A stretch of 64,000 nucleotides of DNA from Flavobacteriaceae bacterium (GCA_032251335.1 JAVVDW010000017.1:546-64545); one strand, 5' to 3'. Shown: positions 8,762-19,631, numbered from the stretch's first letter. Made by a program: numbers and translations. The notes: a model not told the origin generated them from the letters alone.

Positions 8762-8998
8762 ATGTTAGAAAAAGAATTTAAATATTACCTTGATAATCAG
8801 GATAAATTCGTAAAGGAATACGAGGGGAAATATTTGGTTATTGTTGGGGAAGAAATAGTTGGTATATATAGTTCAGATGAAGAGGCTTATTTTGAATCTG
8901 AAAAGAAATATAAACCTGGAACTTTTCTAATACAATTTTGTGAGTCAGGAGATAGTTCTTACACGCAATCATTCCATTCACGTGTAAGTTTTGTTTAA
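8762..8998 (+). CDS. Small acidic hypothetical protein (DUF5678-like pattern, unverified)
   Basis: 78 aa, AT-rich. The core GKYLVIVGEEIVGIYSSDEEAY...KPGTFLIQF resembles small proteins I recall as DUF5678. It is followed 3 nt later by the protease ORF. Confidence 0.6.
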   Translation: MLEKEFKYYLDNQDKFVKEYEGKYLVIVGEEIVGIYSSDEEAYFESEKKYKPGTFLIQFCESGDSSYTQSFHSRVSFV

Positions 8999-9001
8999 TT
9001 T

Positions 9002-9505
9002 ATGGATAGTGTTTCTAAATCATTTACACTTCAATCAGATAGTACTTTAAGAGTGTTGCAAACTCCTTGCGGTGTTTGTCCTGCTTATGACCCTTTGAGT
9101 GGTGGTACATACCCAAAAGTCGAGCAATTTACAGGCTTATGGGATACTGGTGCAACTGGTACAGTAATAAGTCAAAAATGCGCTAAAAAATTAAATTTAA
9201 AACCTATAAGCAAAGCAAAGGTTTTTCACGCAAATGGGGAATCAATTGTAAATGTCTATGCAATAAATCTATTTCTGCCAAATCAAGTTGGTTTTCAGTT
9301 TATTAAAGTTACAGAAGGTATTCTTAACGGAATAGATTTATTAATAGGTATGGATATAATATCAAGAGGGGACTTTGCTATAACAAATTTTGCAGGTAAA
9401 ACAACCTTTTCCTTTAGAGTTCCCTCTACACAAAGAATTGATTTCGTTGAAGAATCAAAGCCTAAAACTATTGTAAAAGCCGGTAAAAAAAATAGGGAGA
9501 AATGA
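9002..9505 (+). CDS. Retropepsin-like (clan AA) aspartic protease
   Basis: GLWDTGATGTVIS contains the D-T-G-A active-site signature, and LLIGMDIISRG is the usual downstream motif. 167 aa with no signal peptide. The ORF ends just after an A8 tract. Confidence 0.8.
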   Translation: MDSVSKSFTLQSDSTLRVLQTPCGVCPAYDPLSGGTYPKVEQFTGLWDTGATGTVISQKCAKKLNLKPISKAKVFHANGESIVNVYAINLFLPNQVGFQFIKVTEGILNGIDLLIGMDIISRGDFAITNFAGKTTFSFRVPSTQRIDFVEESKPKTIVKAGKKNREK

Positions 9506-9506
9506 C

Positions 9507-9563
9507 CCTTGTCATTGTGGTAGTGGTAAAAAGTTTAAACAATGCCATGGCAGAAATTCCTAA
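9507..9563 (+). other. SEC-C type Cys/His metal-binding motif encoded in the +1 frame directly after the protease stop
   Basis: CCT TGT CAT TGT GGT AGT GGT AAA AAG TTT AAA CAA TGC CAT GGC translates to PCHCGSGKKFKQCHG(RNS*). This matches the CxCGSGKKxKxCHG SecA C-terminal motif. Confidence 0.7.
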
Positions 9564-9724
9564 TTTGTGCATGACAATCTTTAAAGATTAAAATCAGTAA
9601 CTTTTATTATCATTGATTTTGATGCCTTTAAAAGAGGTCTCTACTGCACAGATACATAATTCTGAATGAATAAGCAGCAGTATGTATGGTGATCAAACCC
9701 AGTTTTTGAAGTAATAAACGGGGT

Positions 9725-9928
9725 TTAGCTCTTTTTTTCTCCCTCACAAGTATCAAACTGATCGGGTGTTTTGCCGCAAAAACTACAGGCTTCACCATCC
9801 TGATTCAGAAAAGGACTTTGGCTGGCGCAAGTGCCTGAAAATTTACCGTCTTTCTTAGCCCAGATTTTTATGGCAATACCGGCAAAAGACAAGCCAATTA
9901 ATACGATGGTAATCAGAAAAAGTTCCAT
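9725..9928 (-). CDS. Small single-TM cysteine-rich membrane protein (NqrM/DUF539-like architecture, unverified)
   Basis: 67 aa with an N-terminal TM (LFLITIVLIGLSFAGIAI), followed by GTC...CSFCG...C. Confidence 0.5.
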   Translation of the reverse strand: MELFLITIVLIGLSFAGIAIKIWAKKDGKFSGTCASQSPFLNQDGEACSFCGKTPDQFDTCEGEKKS

Positions 9929-9946
9929 GACTGTTTAATTTCACTG

Positions 9947-9954
9947 CAAAGATA
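9947..9954 (-). promoter_or_regulatory. -7 box TATCTTTG (minus strand)
   Basis: The plus strand reads CAAAGATA, 19 nt upstream of the ATG at 9928. Confidence 0.45.
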
Positions 9955-10033
9955 AGGGATGGGATACTTATTCTAAAATGTGAGGCGTTAATTATTTTAT
10001 AAACCCCCAATAAATTGAGAATGAATGCGTTTG

Positions 10034-10041
10034 TAACTTTG
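10034..10041 (+). promoter_or_regulatory. -7 box TAACTTTG
   Basis: Exact motif 46 nt upstream of the guaA ATG at 10087. Confidence 0.45.
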
Positions 10042-10086
10042 TGCCTTTCGCCCAAATAGATTCTGACAATTGTGTTATTTTTGCGC

Positions 10087-11616
10087 ATGCAAAACAATGT
10101 ACTCATACTCGATTTTGGTTCCCAATACACCCAACTCATTGCCAGAAGGGTTCGCGAACTCAATATTTATTGTGAAATTTTCCCGTTCAACAAAATTCCG
10201 GAGGATATCTCTAGCTTCAAAGCAGTCATTCTTTCGGGTAGCCCGTCCTCAGTTCGGTCTGATACCGCACCCATTCCCGATTTGACAAACCTCAGAGGCC
10301 ATTTGCCTGTGTTGGCGGTCTGCTATGGTGCCCAATTTTTGGCCCATCGTTTCGGAGGCGAAGTCAATGCGTCCAACACACGTGAATACGGACGTGCAAA
10401 GCTCTCCTACGTTTCGCAAGATTGTCCGCTGTTTCAGAACATAGCAGTGGGCTCTCAAGTTTGGATGAGCCATAGCGATTCAATTATCCGCTTGCCTGAG
10501 GGCGCCAAACATATTGCCGCCACGCACGATGTTAAATACGCTGCTTTTCAGATGCCCGATGAGTTGACTTTTGGTATTCAATTTCACCCGGAAGTTTATC
10601 ATTCCACAGACGGGGCGCTGTTGTTAGAGAATTTTTTGATTCGTATCGCCAAGCTTTCACAAGATTGGACACCGGATTCCTTCGTAGAAATGACGGTTGC
10701 CGATTTGCAAGCTCAAATTGGATCCGATAGGGTAGTGCTCGGTCTTTCCGGTGGAGTCGATTCTACCGTGGCCGCAGTATTGTTGCACAAGGCCATTGGC
10801 AAAAATTTGTACTGTATTTTTGTTAACAACGGTTTGTTGCGCAAAAATGAATTTGAAAAGGTTTTGGATCAGTACAAACATATGGGACTCAATGTAAAAG
10901 GCGTCGATGCAACGGATCAGTTTTACAAAGCATTGGCGGGCAAAGAAGACCCCGAGCAAAAGCGAAAAGCCATTGGTAAAACTTTTATCGAGGTTTTTGA
11001 CCAAGAGGCGCATGCCATTCAAGATGTTTCTTGGTTGGCGCAAGGCACCATTTACCCGGATGTCATCGAATCGGTATCTGTAAACGGGCCGTCTGTCACC
11101 ATCAAATCGCATCACAACGTGGGCGGGTTGCCCGATTTTATGAAGTTGAAAGTTGTAGAACCTTTACGGATGTTGTTTAAAGATGAGGTAAGGCGTGTGG
11201 GTCGCTCTTTAGATATCGCAGACAGTTTGTTGGGAAGGCATCCTTTTCCCGGTCCTGGTCTGGCCATTCGCATCTTAGGAGACGTCACTGCCGAAAAGGT
11301 ACGGTTGTTGCAAGAAGTAGATGATATATTTGTGGAAGGACTCAAAACTTGGGGTTTGTATGACGATGTTTGGCAAGCGGGTGTCATTTTGTTGCCGGTT
11401 CACAGCGTGGGTGTAATGGGTGACGAAAGAACCTATGAAAAAGTAGTTGCATTGCGGGCTGTTTCTTCTACGGATGGGATGACCGCAGATTGGGTACATT
11501 TGCCCTATGAGTTTCTGATGAAAGTGTCTAACGACATCATCAATAAAGTGAAAGGCGTCAATAGGGTAGTGTACGATATTTCCTCTAAACCGCCATCAAC
11601 CATAGAATGGGAGTAA
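10087..11616 (+). CDS. guaA: GMP synthase (glutamine-hydrolyzing)
   Basis: GATase domain ([27 protein letters not shown]), ATP-PPase SGGVDS loop, and a C-terminal PPSTIEWE. The ATG at 10087 is preferred over the track start at 10072. Confidence 0.97.
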   Translation: MQNNVLILDFGSQYTQLIARRVRELNIYCEIFPFNKIPEDISSFKAVILSGSPSSVRSDTAPIPDLTNLRGHLPVLAVCYGAQFLAHRFGGEVNASNTREYGRAKLSYVSQDCPLFQNIAVGSQVWMSHSDSIIRLPEGAKHIAATHDVKYAAFQMPDELTFGIQFHPEVYHSTDGALLLENFLIRIAKLSQDWTPDSFVEMTVADLQAQIGSDRVVLGLSGGVDSTVAAVLLHKAIGKNLYCIFVNNGLLRKNEFEKVLDQYKHMGLNVKGVDATDQFYKALAGKEDPEQKRKAIGKTFIEVFDQEAHAIQDVSWLAQGTIYPDVIESVSVNGPSVTIKSHHNVGGLPDFMKLKVVEPLRMLFKDEVRRVGRSLDIADSLLGRHPFPGPGLAIRILGDVTAEKVRLLQEVDDIFVEGLKTWGLYDDVWQAGVILLPVHSVGVMGDERTYEKVVALRAVSSTDGMTADWVHLPYEFLMKVSNDIINKVKGVNRVVYDISSKPPSTIEWE

Positions 11617-11633
11617 TTATAAACGAAACAGTT

Positions 11634-13490
11634 ATGCTGAGAAAAACATATTTTGCAATTCTATTTGTTTTTATCATTCAACTTTCTTTTGCGCAGTTAC
11701 ATACAGTTCAAAAAAGAGAATCTATTACCGATATTGCCCGACAATACAACATGACGCCGTTTGAATTGTTTCAGCTCAATCCGCATGCAAAAAACGGTCT
11801 CGAAGAGGGAGAAGTACTTCGTGTGACGCAAGTAGTGCCACTTGGCACACAGCTTTATGATGCATACAAAGTAGGAAGGAAAGAAACCCTTTTTGCGATA
11901 GGTCAGAAATTTGGAATTTCCGTAGAAGACATCAAAAAATACAACCCGATTTTGGAGCGAAATGAATTGAAAAACAGGCAAATTCTCCTGATTCCGGTCA
12001 CCTACAAGGATATGTTTGGCTCAGAAAAAGCATCGGCTGCCATAACCTATGTTGTCAAACCCAAGGACACCAAGTGGCGTGTTGCATATTTACACAATAT
12101 GACGCTTGAGGAATTGGCGACATTAAACCCCGGCCTTACAGAAGTTTTAAAGCCGGGTGAAATACTGAAAGTTTCTCATCCCATGAGGACTTTACCCACA
12201 TTCGATGCTGATAAATATGATTTGTACGAAGTAAAACCCAAAGAAACGCTTTATAGTTTACTCAAAAAGTGGCAAATTTCCGAGGCTGCGCTCAACGAAT
12301 TGAATCCCCAACTGAAAGACGGATTAAAGGCCGGGATGATGTTGAAAATTCCTAAACAGCAACAGGAAAAGTCTTTTGAAGTTTTTGAAAATGTAGCCGC
12401 ATTACAGTCAGAAACGCTTAACACAAAACCCTATAAATTGGCATTCATGTTGCCGTTTGCCATCTCCAAAATGGAAGCTGATACACTTTTTGATTACAAA
12501 AAACAGTTTCGTACCGATAGAAATCTTAATGTGGTTCTCGATTTTCTTTCCGGTGCACAAATGGCCATAGATTCGGCCAGAGCTTTGGGGATGAATGTTT
12601 CCTATAAAGTCTATGACACCGAAAACAACCCGGAAAAAGTGGCGCAACTCATTAGGCAAAACCGATTGGAAACCTTAGATGCATTGATTGGACCGCTTTA
12701 TCAAAAAAATGTGGAACGCGCCGGAGAAATACTCAAAAATGACAAAACACCTGTGTTCTCGCCACTTACAAACCGCGAAATTCAACTCTTTCAAAATTGT
12801 TTCCAAACGGTGCCATCTCAAGAATTGATGGAAGATAAAATGATTGATTTTATAGATGCCCATTACACCGATCAAAACATCATCATCATCGCCGATAGAA
12901 AATTGCAAGGAAGGGCAAAAAAAATTCAATCAAAGCTTAGAGAGAGTTTGGTGATTACCCCGGACACAAACGGATTGGTCAAGCCTGAGTTGCTGCGTAC
13001 CGCTCTTGCTGTTGACAAACCCAATTGGGTGTTGTTGGAGTCTGAAAACTTAAACCTTATCAGCACAGTAGTGCCCAAGCTGGCAGAATTTTTAAAGGAC
13101 TACAAAATTACCCTACTCACCACAGACCGAAACCGTTTTTTTGAAGGAGACGAAGTGCATAGCAGCCATCTTGCGCGTTTGCATTTTCATTTCCCTTCGG
13201 TTGACAGACCCTATCAAAGAGATGATTTGAATACATTTGCGAAAGCTTATAAAGAGAAAAATGGCATCAGCCCGGATAAATTTGCCGTGCGTGGTTTTGA
13301 CTTAACCTTTGATGTTTTAATGCGTTTGGGAAGTTATGAGGATATTTATGAAAGTTTTAAAGAAAACATCACAACTTCTTATGTAGAAAATGCTTTTTCA
13401 TATCAGAAAAAACTATTAGGCGGATTTGTCAATCGGGCATTTTACATACTTAAATATGACGGTTATAAAATCATAGAAGCGACCCCATGA
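11634..13490 (+). CDS. LysM-repeat protein with a periplasmic-binding-protein-like C-terminal domain
   Basis: Signal peptide (FAILFVFIIQLSFAQ). Four LysM repeats (HTVQKRESITDIARQY, YKVGRKETLFAIGQKF, YVVKPKDTKWRVAYLH, YEVKPKETLYSLLKKW), followed by ~350 aa of PBP-like sequence. Confidence 0.85.
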   Translation: MLRKTYFAILFVFIIQLSFAQLHTVQKRESITDIARQYNMTPFELFQLNPHAKNGLEEGEVLRVTQVVPLGTQLYDAYKVGRKETLFAIGQKFGISVEDIKKYNPILERNELKNRQILLIPVTYKDMFGSEKASAAITYVVKPKDTKWRVAYLHNMTLEELATLNPGLTEVLKPGEILKVSHPMRTLPTFDADKYDLYEVKPKETLYSLLKKWQISEAALNELNPQLKDGLKAGMMLKIPKQQQEKSFEVFENVAALQSETLNTKPYKLAFMLPFAISKMEADTLFDYKKQFRTDRNLNVVLDFLSGAQMAIDSARALGMNVSYKVYDTENNPEKVAQLIRQNRLETLDALIGPLYQKNVERAGEILKNDKTPVFSPLTNREIQLFQNCFQTVPSQELMEDKMIDFIDAHYTDQNIIIIADRKLQGRAKKIQSKLRESLVITPDTNGLVKPELLRTALAVDKPNWVLLESENLNLISTVVPKLAEFLKDYKITLLTTDRNRFFEGDEVHSSHLARLHFHFPSVDRPYQRDDLNTFAKAYKEKNGISPDKFAVRGFDLTFDVLMRLGSYEDIYESFKENITTSYVENAFSYQKKLLGGFVNRAFYILKYDGYKIIEATP

Positions 13491-13888
13491 CCTCAACTGT
13501 ACACTACCAAGGAAATCTTCGCACCCGCTGCGAGCACCTACAATCCGGTAATTCTTTTATCACCGATGCCCCCACAGACAACAACGGCAAAGGAGAGGCC
13601 TTCTCGCCAACCGACACAGTAGCTACTGCACTAGCCTCTTGTATGTTTACCATTATGGGTATCAAGGCAAGCCAAATGCAAATAGATTTAGCAGATAGCC
13701 GTGCAGAGGTAACCAAAGTAATGACAACAGACCCAAGACGGATTTCCAAAATTGAGATTGCTTTTGATATGTGTGGCATCTTCGATGCAAAAACACGTCA
13801 AATCCTTGAAAACGCCGCAAAAACTTGTCCTGTTTGGTACAGCTTACATCCGGACATTGAGAAACAAATTGTATTTAGTTGGAAATAA
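13487..13888 (+). CDS. OsmC family peroxiredoxin-like protein
   Basis: 133 aa with GEAFSPTDTVATALASCM and a second Cys in AKTCPV. ATGA overlap with the upstream gene. Confidence 0.85.
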   Translation: MTSTVHYQGNLRTRCEHLQSGNSFITDAPTDNNGKGEAFSPTDTVATALASCMFTIMGIKASQMQIDLADSRAEVTKVMTTDPRRISKIEIAFDMCGIFDAKTRQILENAAKTCPVWYSLHPDIEKQIVFSWK

Positions 13889-13946
13889 ATCTTAAGAAAA
13901 GCACTGCCTTTGGTTTTTTTGGATTGGTCGGCTCGATTCAAATTTG

Positions 13947-13954
13947 TACTTTTG
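13947..13954 (+). promoter_or_regulatory. -7 box TACTTTTG
   Basis: Exact motif 34 nt upstream of the pyrG ATG. Confidence 0.5.
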
Positions 13955-13987
13955 CCCGAATTCAACAAACAACACTTGGCTACCTGA

Positions 13988-15631
<1,644 letters not shown>

Positions 15632-15648
15632 ACCTTCATCTCATTCTA

Positions 15649-17517
15649 ATGGAAGATAAAAAATTTGATACCAACTCTATTATAGGTTTTGTAATGATTG
15701 GTGTCATATTTATATGGATGCTATACAACAACCAACCTACTGAGGAAGAATTGTTACAGCAACAACAAGAGCAGGTTGACAACCCGCCACAGATACCACA
15801 ACAACAAACACAAAAACCCGTATCAACAGAACAAGTATTGGATTCTGTCGGTTTGGCAGCCCAAGCCTCCAAGTTGGGGAGCTTTGCCTATTCGGCAACA
15901 CTCGCCAAAGCAACAGACTTTACCACACTTGAAAATGATGTGATGTCATTGAAAGTGAGTAACAAAGGTGGTTTTGTGATAGAATCCAAACTCAAAGACT
16001 TCCATACCTACAATCAAAAACCGGTCTATCTTATCAAAGATGGCAATGCAGATTTCAACCTCTCACTGCAGACTACCGATAACCGCACCTTGCAAACCCG
16101 TGACTTGGTTTTTCAACCTACTCTGACAACGCAAAACGGGAATCAGATTTTGTCTATGAGGTTAAAAGTTTCCGAAAATCAATTTTTGGAATACAGATAT
16201 GCACTGCGTCCGGGCGATCATATGTTAGATTTTTCCATTCGATCTCAAGGATTGGAAAATGTACTGAATTCCGCAACACAACCGCTGATGCTTTGGCAAA
16301 TGAAAACCTACAGATATGCCAAAAGTGTTTCTTATGAAAATCGCTATTCGGAACTTTTGTTCGAATATGAAGGCGGCAAAGATGATTGGTTGAATGCGCA
16401 AAGCGAATCTACAGATGATACGGCTAAAGACGTAACTTGGGTCGCCTATAAACAGCATTTTTTCACAAATATTTTACTGACAGATACGCCATTTGAAAAC
16501 GCCAATTTTCGTTCAGAAAACTTGGTAAAAGACGAAGTGGTGGATACCCTTTTCACCAAAAGATACACCACTACTGCGCCACTTAAGCTGACCGCCGGAA
16601 ACCTAAGCTATAATATGAATTGGTATTTTGGCCCGTCTGACTATAAAATTTTAAATACCTACGACCGAAACTTAGACGAAGTAATTCCTTTGGGTTGGGG
16701 TCTTTTCGGCTGGATAAATCGCTATCTTTTCATTCCCTTCTTCACCTTCCTCAGCAACTGGTTGCCACACGGCATCGCCATTATCATTATGACGATAGTC
16801 GTTCGCATCTTGATGTCGCCGGTTACTTACAAGTCTTATCTGTCTCAGGCCAAGATGAAAGTCATCCGTCCGGAGATTACCGAAATCAATGAGAAATTTA
16901 AGAAAGATGCCATGAAAAGGCAGCAAGAAACCATGAAGCTGTATTCCAAAGCGGGTGTCAATCCTATGGCAGGTTGTATTCCGGCAGTGATGCAAATTCC
17001 GATTTTCTATGCCTTATTTATGTTTTTCCCCTCCACCATAGAATTGCGTCAGAAACCCTTTCTGTGGGCAGACGATTTGTCTTCCTACGACACCATTTTT
17101 AAGTTGCCTTTTCACATTCCTTTCTATGGAGACCACGTGAGTTTGTTCCCTATTTTGGCTTCGGTTGCGATATTTTTCTACATGCAAATGACAACCGGAC
17201 AACAAATGATGTCGCAACCCACACAAGAAGGCATGCCGGACATGGGTAAAATCATGAAAATCATGATGTATTTATCACCCATCATGATGCTGTTTTTCTT
17301 CAACAACTACGCTAGTGGTCTGAGTTTGTATTACTTTGTTTCCAACCTCATTACCATCTTGATTATGTTGGTGATTAAGTATCGTATTATAGACGAAGCG
17401 AAAATCCATGCGAAGATTCAAGAAAACAAACTAAAACCCCGAAAAGTGGGCAAGTTCCAGCAGAAGATGCAGCAAATGATGGAAGAAGCCGAAAAACAAA
17501 AAAAGAACAAACGCTAA
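15649..17517 (+). CDS. yidC: Membrane protein insertase YidC
   Basis: 622 aa with an N-terminal TM, a Q-rich linker, a large periplasmic domain, and the C-terminal 60-kDa insertase core (GWGLFGWINRYLF..., PMAGCIPAVMQIPIF). Confidence 0.95.
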   Translation: MEDKKFDTNSIIGFVMIGVIFIWMLYNNQPTEEELLQQQQEQVDNPPQIPQQQTQKPVSTEQVLDSVGLAAQASKLGSFAYSATLAKATDFTTLENDVMSLKVSNKGGFVIESKLKDFHTYNQKPVYLIKDGNADFNLSLQTTDNRTLQTRDLVFQPTLTTQNGNQILSMRLKVSENQFLEYRYALRPGDHMLDFSIRSQGLENVLNSATQPLMLWQMKTYRYAKSVSYENRYSELLFEYEGGKDDWLNAQSESTDDTAKDVTWVAYKQHFFTNILLTDTPFENANFRSENLVKDEVVDTLFTKRYTTTAPLKLTAGNLSYNMNWYFGPSDYKILNTYDRNLDEVIPLGWGLFGWINRYLFIPFFTFLSNWLPHGIAIIIMTIVVRILMSPVTYKSYLSQAKMKVIRPEITEINEKFKKDAMKRQQETMKLYSKAGVNPMAGCIPAVMQIPIFYALFMFFPSTIELRQKPFLWADDLSSYDTIFKLPFHIPFYGDHVSLFPILASVAIFFYMQMTTGQQMMSQPTQEGMPDMGKIMKIMMYLSPIMMLFFFNNYASGLSLYYFVSNLITILIMLVIKYRIIDEAKIHAKIQENKLKPRKVGKFQQKMQQMMEEAEKQKKNKR

Positions 17518-17865
17518 TTAGAAATTTCTTTTCCAAGCGAGATATCCGCCCGAAAGCTCAAAAATTTCTTTAAATCCCAAATCGGCCATGAGCCGTGCGG
17601 CTTTTTTACTCCTCATCCCGGATTGGCAATAGACAAAAACCGTTTGGTCTTTTGAAAATTTTGCCAGCTGTTCGGCAAAGTTTGCGTCAAAAAAATTGAT
17701 GTTTTTAGCCTTTGAAATATGGCCTTGCAAAAACTCGTTTGGCGTGCGTACGTCAATGAGTTGGCCGTTTTTCCGTTTGATGTTTTCCGAAAATTCAAAA
17801 GCGTCTAATGAGACAAAGCCATGCGAATGTTTTTTAGGCCGAAAAAAGGATAAGATACTAGACAT
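17518..17865 (-). CDS. Rhodanese-like domain protein
   Basis: QLIDVRTPNEFLQGHI and the active-site loop YCQSGMRS. The ATG at 17865 is preferred because the -7 box lies inside the longer track ORF. Confidence 0.85.
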   Translation of the reverse strand: MSSILSFFRPKKHSHGFVSLDAFEFSENIKRKNGQLIDVRTPNEFLQGHISKAKNINFFDANFAEQLAKFSKDQTVFVYCQSGMRSKKAARLMADLGFKEIFELSGGYLAWKRNF

Positions 17866-17882
17866 ATTGTGATGTTTTGATG

Positions 17883-17890
17883 CAAAATTA
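17883..17890 (-). promoter_or_regulatory. -7 box TAATTTTG (minus strand)
   Basis: The plus strand reads CAAAATTA, 18 nt upstream of the ATG at 17865. Confidence 0.45.
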
Positions 17891-18059
17891 CACGATGCCA
17901 ACCCAACCGAAAGTTACAAAAGTTACATCCGGACGGAGTCTCTTTTTGGCTGCGTTTGCTCGAAACCATTCGATGCATGTGTTTTCATATCAGACGTATT
18001 CAAAAACCATTTGTTTTTCTCATTGAAATACTGTTATTTAGGCTTGTATTTCATCACTT

Positions 18060-18575
18060 ATGAACAACCACATCCACGACGGCACCAACTTGCGCATTCG
18101 TTTTGAAAAAACGTTGGCAGCACCACCCGATTACTTTCTTGAAAAATTTAAAAAAGCCAAAGCAGCATCATCGCCTCAATACAAAATTAAAATGCTCGAC
18201 AGGCATGTGTGGTTGAGCATGGGTGCTTCCGAAAAGAAATACTATTCGCCTACTTTGCATTTAGAATTTGAACCTTTAGACGACGGTTCAAAGACCCTTT
18301 TAAGAGGACTTTTTGGTCCGGAGGCCGGCTTGTGGACTTTGTTTATGTTTCTGCACTTTGTGGTGGCCGGTATTTTTATCATGTTTTTGACTTTTGCTTA
18401 TTCAAATTGGGTGATGCATCAGTCCTACGTATTGGATATCATCGTGATGGTTTTGATGTTGGTGGCGTGGTTTGCACTCTATTTTTTTGCCCGCCTCAAT
18501 CGAAAAAACGGCATGCCGCAGGCGGTTATGCTTTACCGACTGATGGAAGCGGTTTTGGATGAAAAGCACAATTAA
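18060..18575 (+). CDS. Hypothetical membrane protein
   Basis: 171 aa: an ~85-aa soluble N-terminal part followed by two or three hydrophobic helices. I do not recognise a family. Confidence 0.6.
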   Translation: MNNHIHDGTNLRIRFEKTLAAPPDYFLEKFKKAKAASSPQYKIKMLDRHVWLSMGASEKKYYSPTLHLEFEPLDDGSKTLLRGLFGPEAGLWTLFMFLHFVVAGIFIMFLTFAYSNWVMHQSYVLDIIVMVLMLVAWFALYFFARLNRKNGMPQAVMLYRLMEAVLDEKHN

Positions 18576-18676
18576 TGAACTAAATGTGAGTTACTTAAAT
18601 TCGAACATGCCGCCCTTGTGCATCCGGTTTCATCAAATTCATTAGTGTTTTTGTTTGAAAATTCGCAATTTTTCTC

Positions 18677-18684
18677 TATATTTG
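18677..18684 (+). promoter_or_regulatory. -7 box TATATTTG
   Basis: Exact motif about 145 nt upstream of the ATG at 18829. A near-match (ATAAATTTTG) also sits immediately before that ATG. Confidence 0.3.
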
Positions 18685-18828
18685 TATCAATATCAGGAAC
18701 GCAGCAATGCGTACCAACCGAGCAACAAAGCCACGGTGGTTTAGTATATGGACAGTTCAGTCAAAAAAATGAATTCCTCACTGTTTCGTTTACTATCCTG
18801 ATGCATAATTAGATATAAATTTTGCATT

Positions 18829-19548
18829 ATGAAGACTGTTTTTACAAAAAGAGAAGGTGTTTCCATCAATTCGAGCATTGATTTTGGCAGTACCGAAAAC
18901 ATTTCCCACGAATTTGTATTTCTATTGAAGGTTTTTGAATACCATTGGAAAGTCAATATTTCTTACCATTACCGAACGACGGATGATGGCTATATCCAAC
19001 TGGCCACCCAAGACGAGAAAAAAAAGTATCACATTGTTGCCCAAATTGCGCTCAGATTTGAGTGCCCGAAAATCGACAAAATGTTAGTGCTTTTTCACAA
19101 TTTTTTGGCACAACGTTCTGATGAATATAAACCGATGTTTTTGAGCAGTCCGATTCTCACCGAAGAAGACTTTTCTAATATTTTGGACGAAGTAAACAAT
19201 AGGCGCGACGAGAATATACGAATGGCTGAGGCCAAACAAAATCGCTTCATTGATTATTTGCAAAAGCAAGGTTTTAAGCCACAAGCCGACGGTTGTTCTG
19301 TTCATACTTGGACAGCTTGTTGTCCTAACGGAGAAGGTCACCACAAAATCGCTATCTCCACACAAGACGATTCATGGCATTGCCCGCTGTGCGAAAAAAA
19401 GGGTAATCAACAGGCTCTAGATAAATGGCTGATGCAGTTGCGCATGCACAACGATCAAAAAAAAATATCCAAAATGCTGAAAGAACTCGACAAGCACGGA
19501 CGCATGGTTTCGCCGGATGTTATTGGATGGTGGATGAATCGGTATTAA
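18829..19548 (+). CDS. Hypothetical protein with a C-terminal DnaG/primase-type (CHC2-like) zinc finger and no catalytic domain
   Basis: FIDYLQKQGFKPQADGCSVHTWTACCPNGEGHHKIAISTQDDSWHCPLCEKKGNQQALDKWLM aligns by eye with the E. coli DnaG zinc-binding region (...[40 protein letters not shown]). The N-terminal 150 aa are unrecognised. Confidence 0.65.
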   Translation: MKTVFTKREGVSINSSIDFGSTENISHEFVFLLKVFEYHWKVNISYHYRTTDDGYIQLATQDEKKKYHIVAQIALRFECPKIDKMLVLFHNFLAQRSDEYKPMFLSSPILTEEDFSNILDEVNNRRDENIRMAEAKQNRFIDYLQKQGFKPQADGCSVHTWTACCPNGEGHHKIAISTQDDSWHCPLCEKKGNQQALDKWLMQLRMHNDQKKISKMLKELDKHGRMVSPDVIGWWMNRY

Positions 19549-19631
19549 TTGTGCTAAAAGGAAAAATCAGTAAGATTTTGGTTTTAAAGCGGATATAATC
19601 TTAGATTTGTGTTACAAACACAAAATAAAAA

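Noticed and set aside
9564-9724. Inverted repeats after the islet genes: AATCTTTAAAGATT, AAAATCA...TGATTTT and AAACCC...GGGTTT. I considered them as islet boundary or att repeats, or as terminators.
   Set aside because: They are short and AT-rich, with no matching copy at the other islet edge (8528-8760) and no T-tracts. They are expected by chance in AT-rich DNA.
18618-18812. A 64-aa track ORF, and a 21-aa basic peptide (MRTNRATKPRWFSIWTVQSKK), in the spacer before 18829. I also considered a structured RNA in this ~145-nt putative leader.
   Set aside because: There are no motifs, no convincing start context, and no stable conserved-looking helices that I could find by eye. This cannot be supported without comparative data.
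19018-19465. A8 (19018-19025) and A9 (19457-19465) homopolymers inside the zinc-finger ORF, considered as phase-variation switches.
   Set aside because: Equally long A/T runs occur in ordinary genes here, for example T9 at 6959-6967 in the Nramp-like gene. They simply reflect AAA Lys codons in an AT-rich genome, and the ORF is intact.
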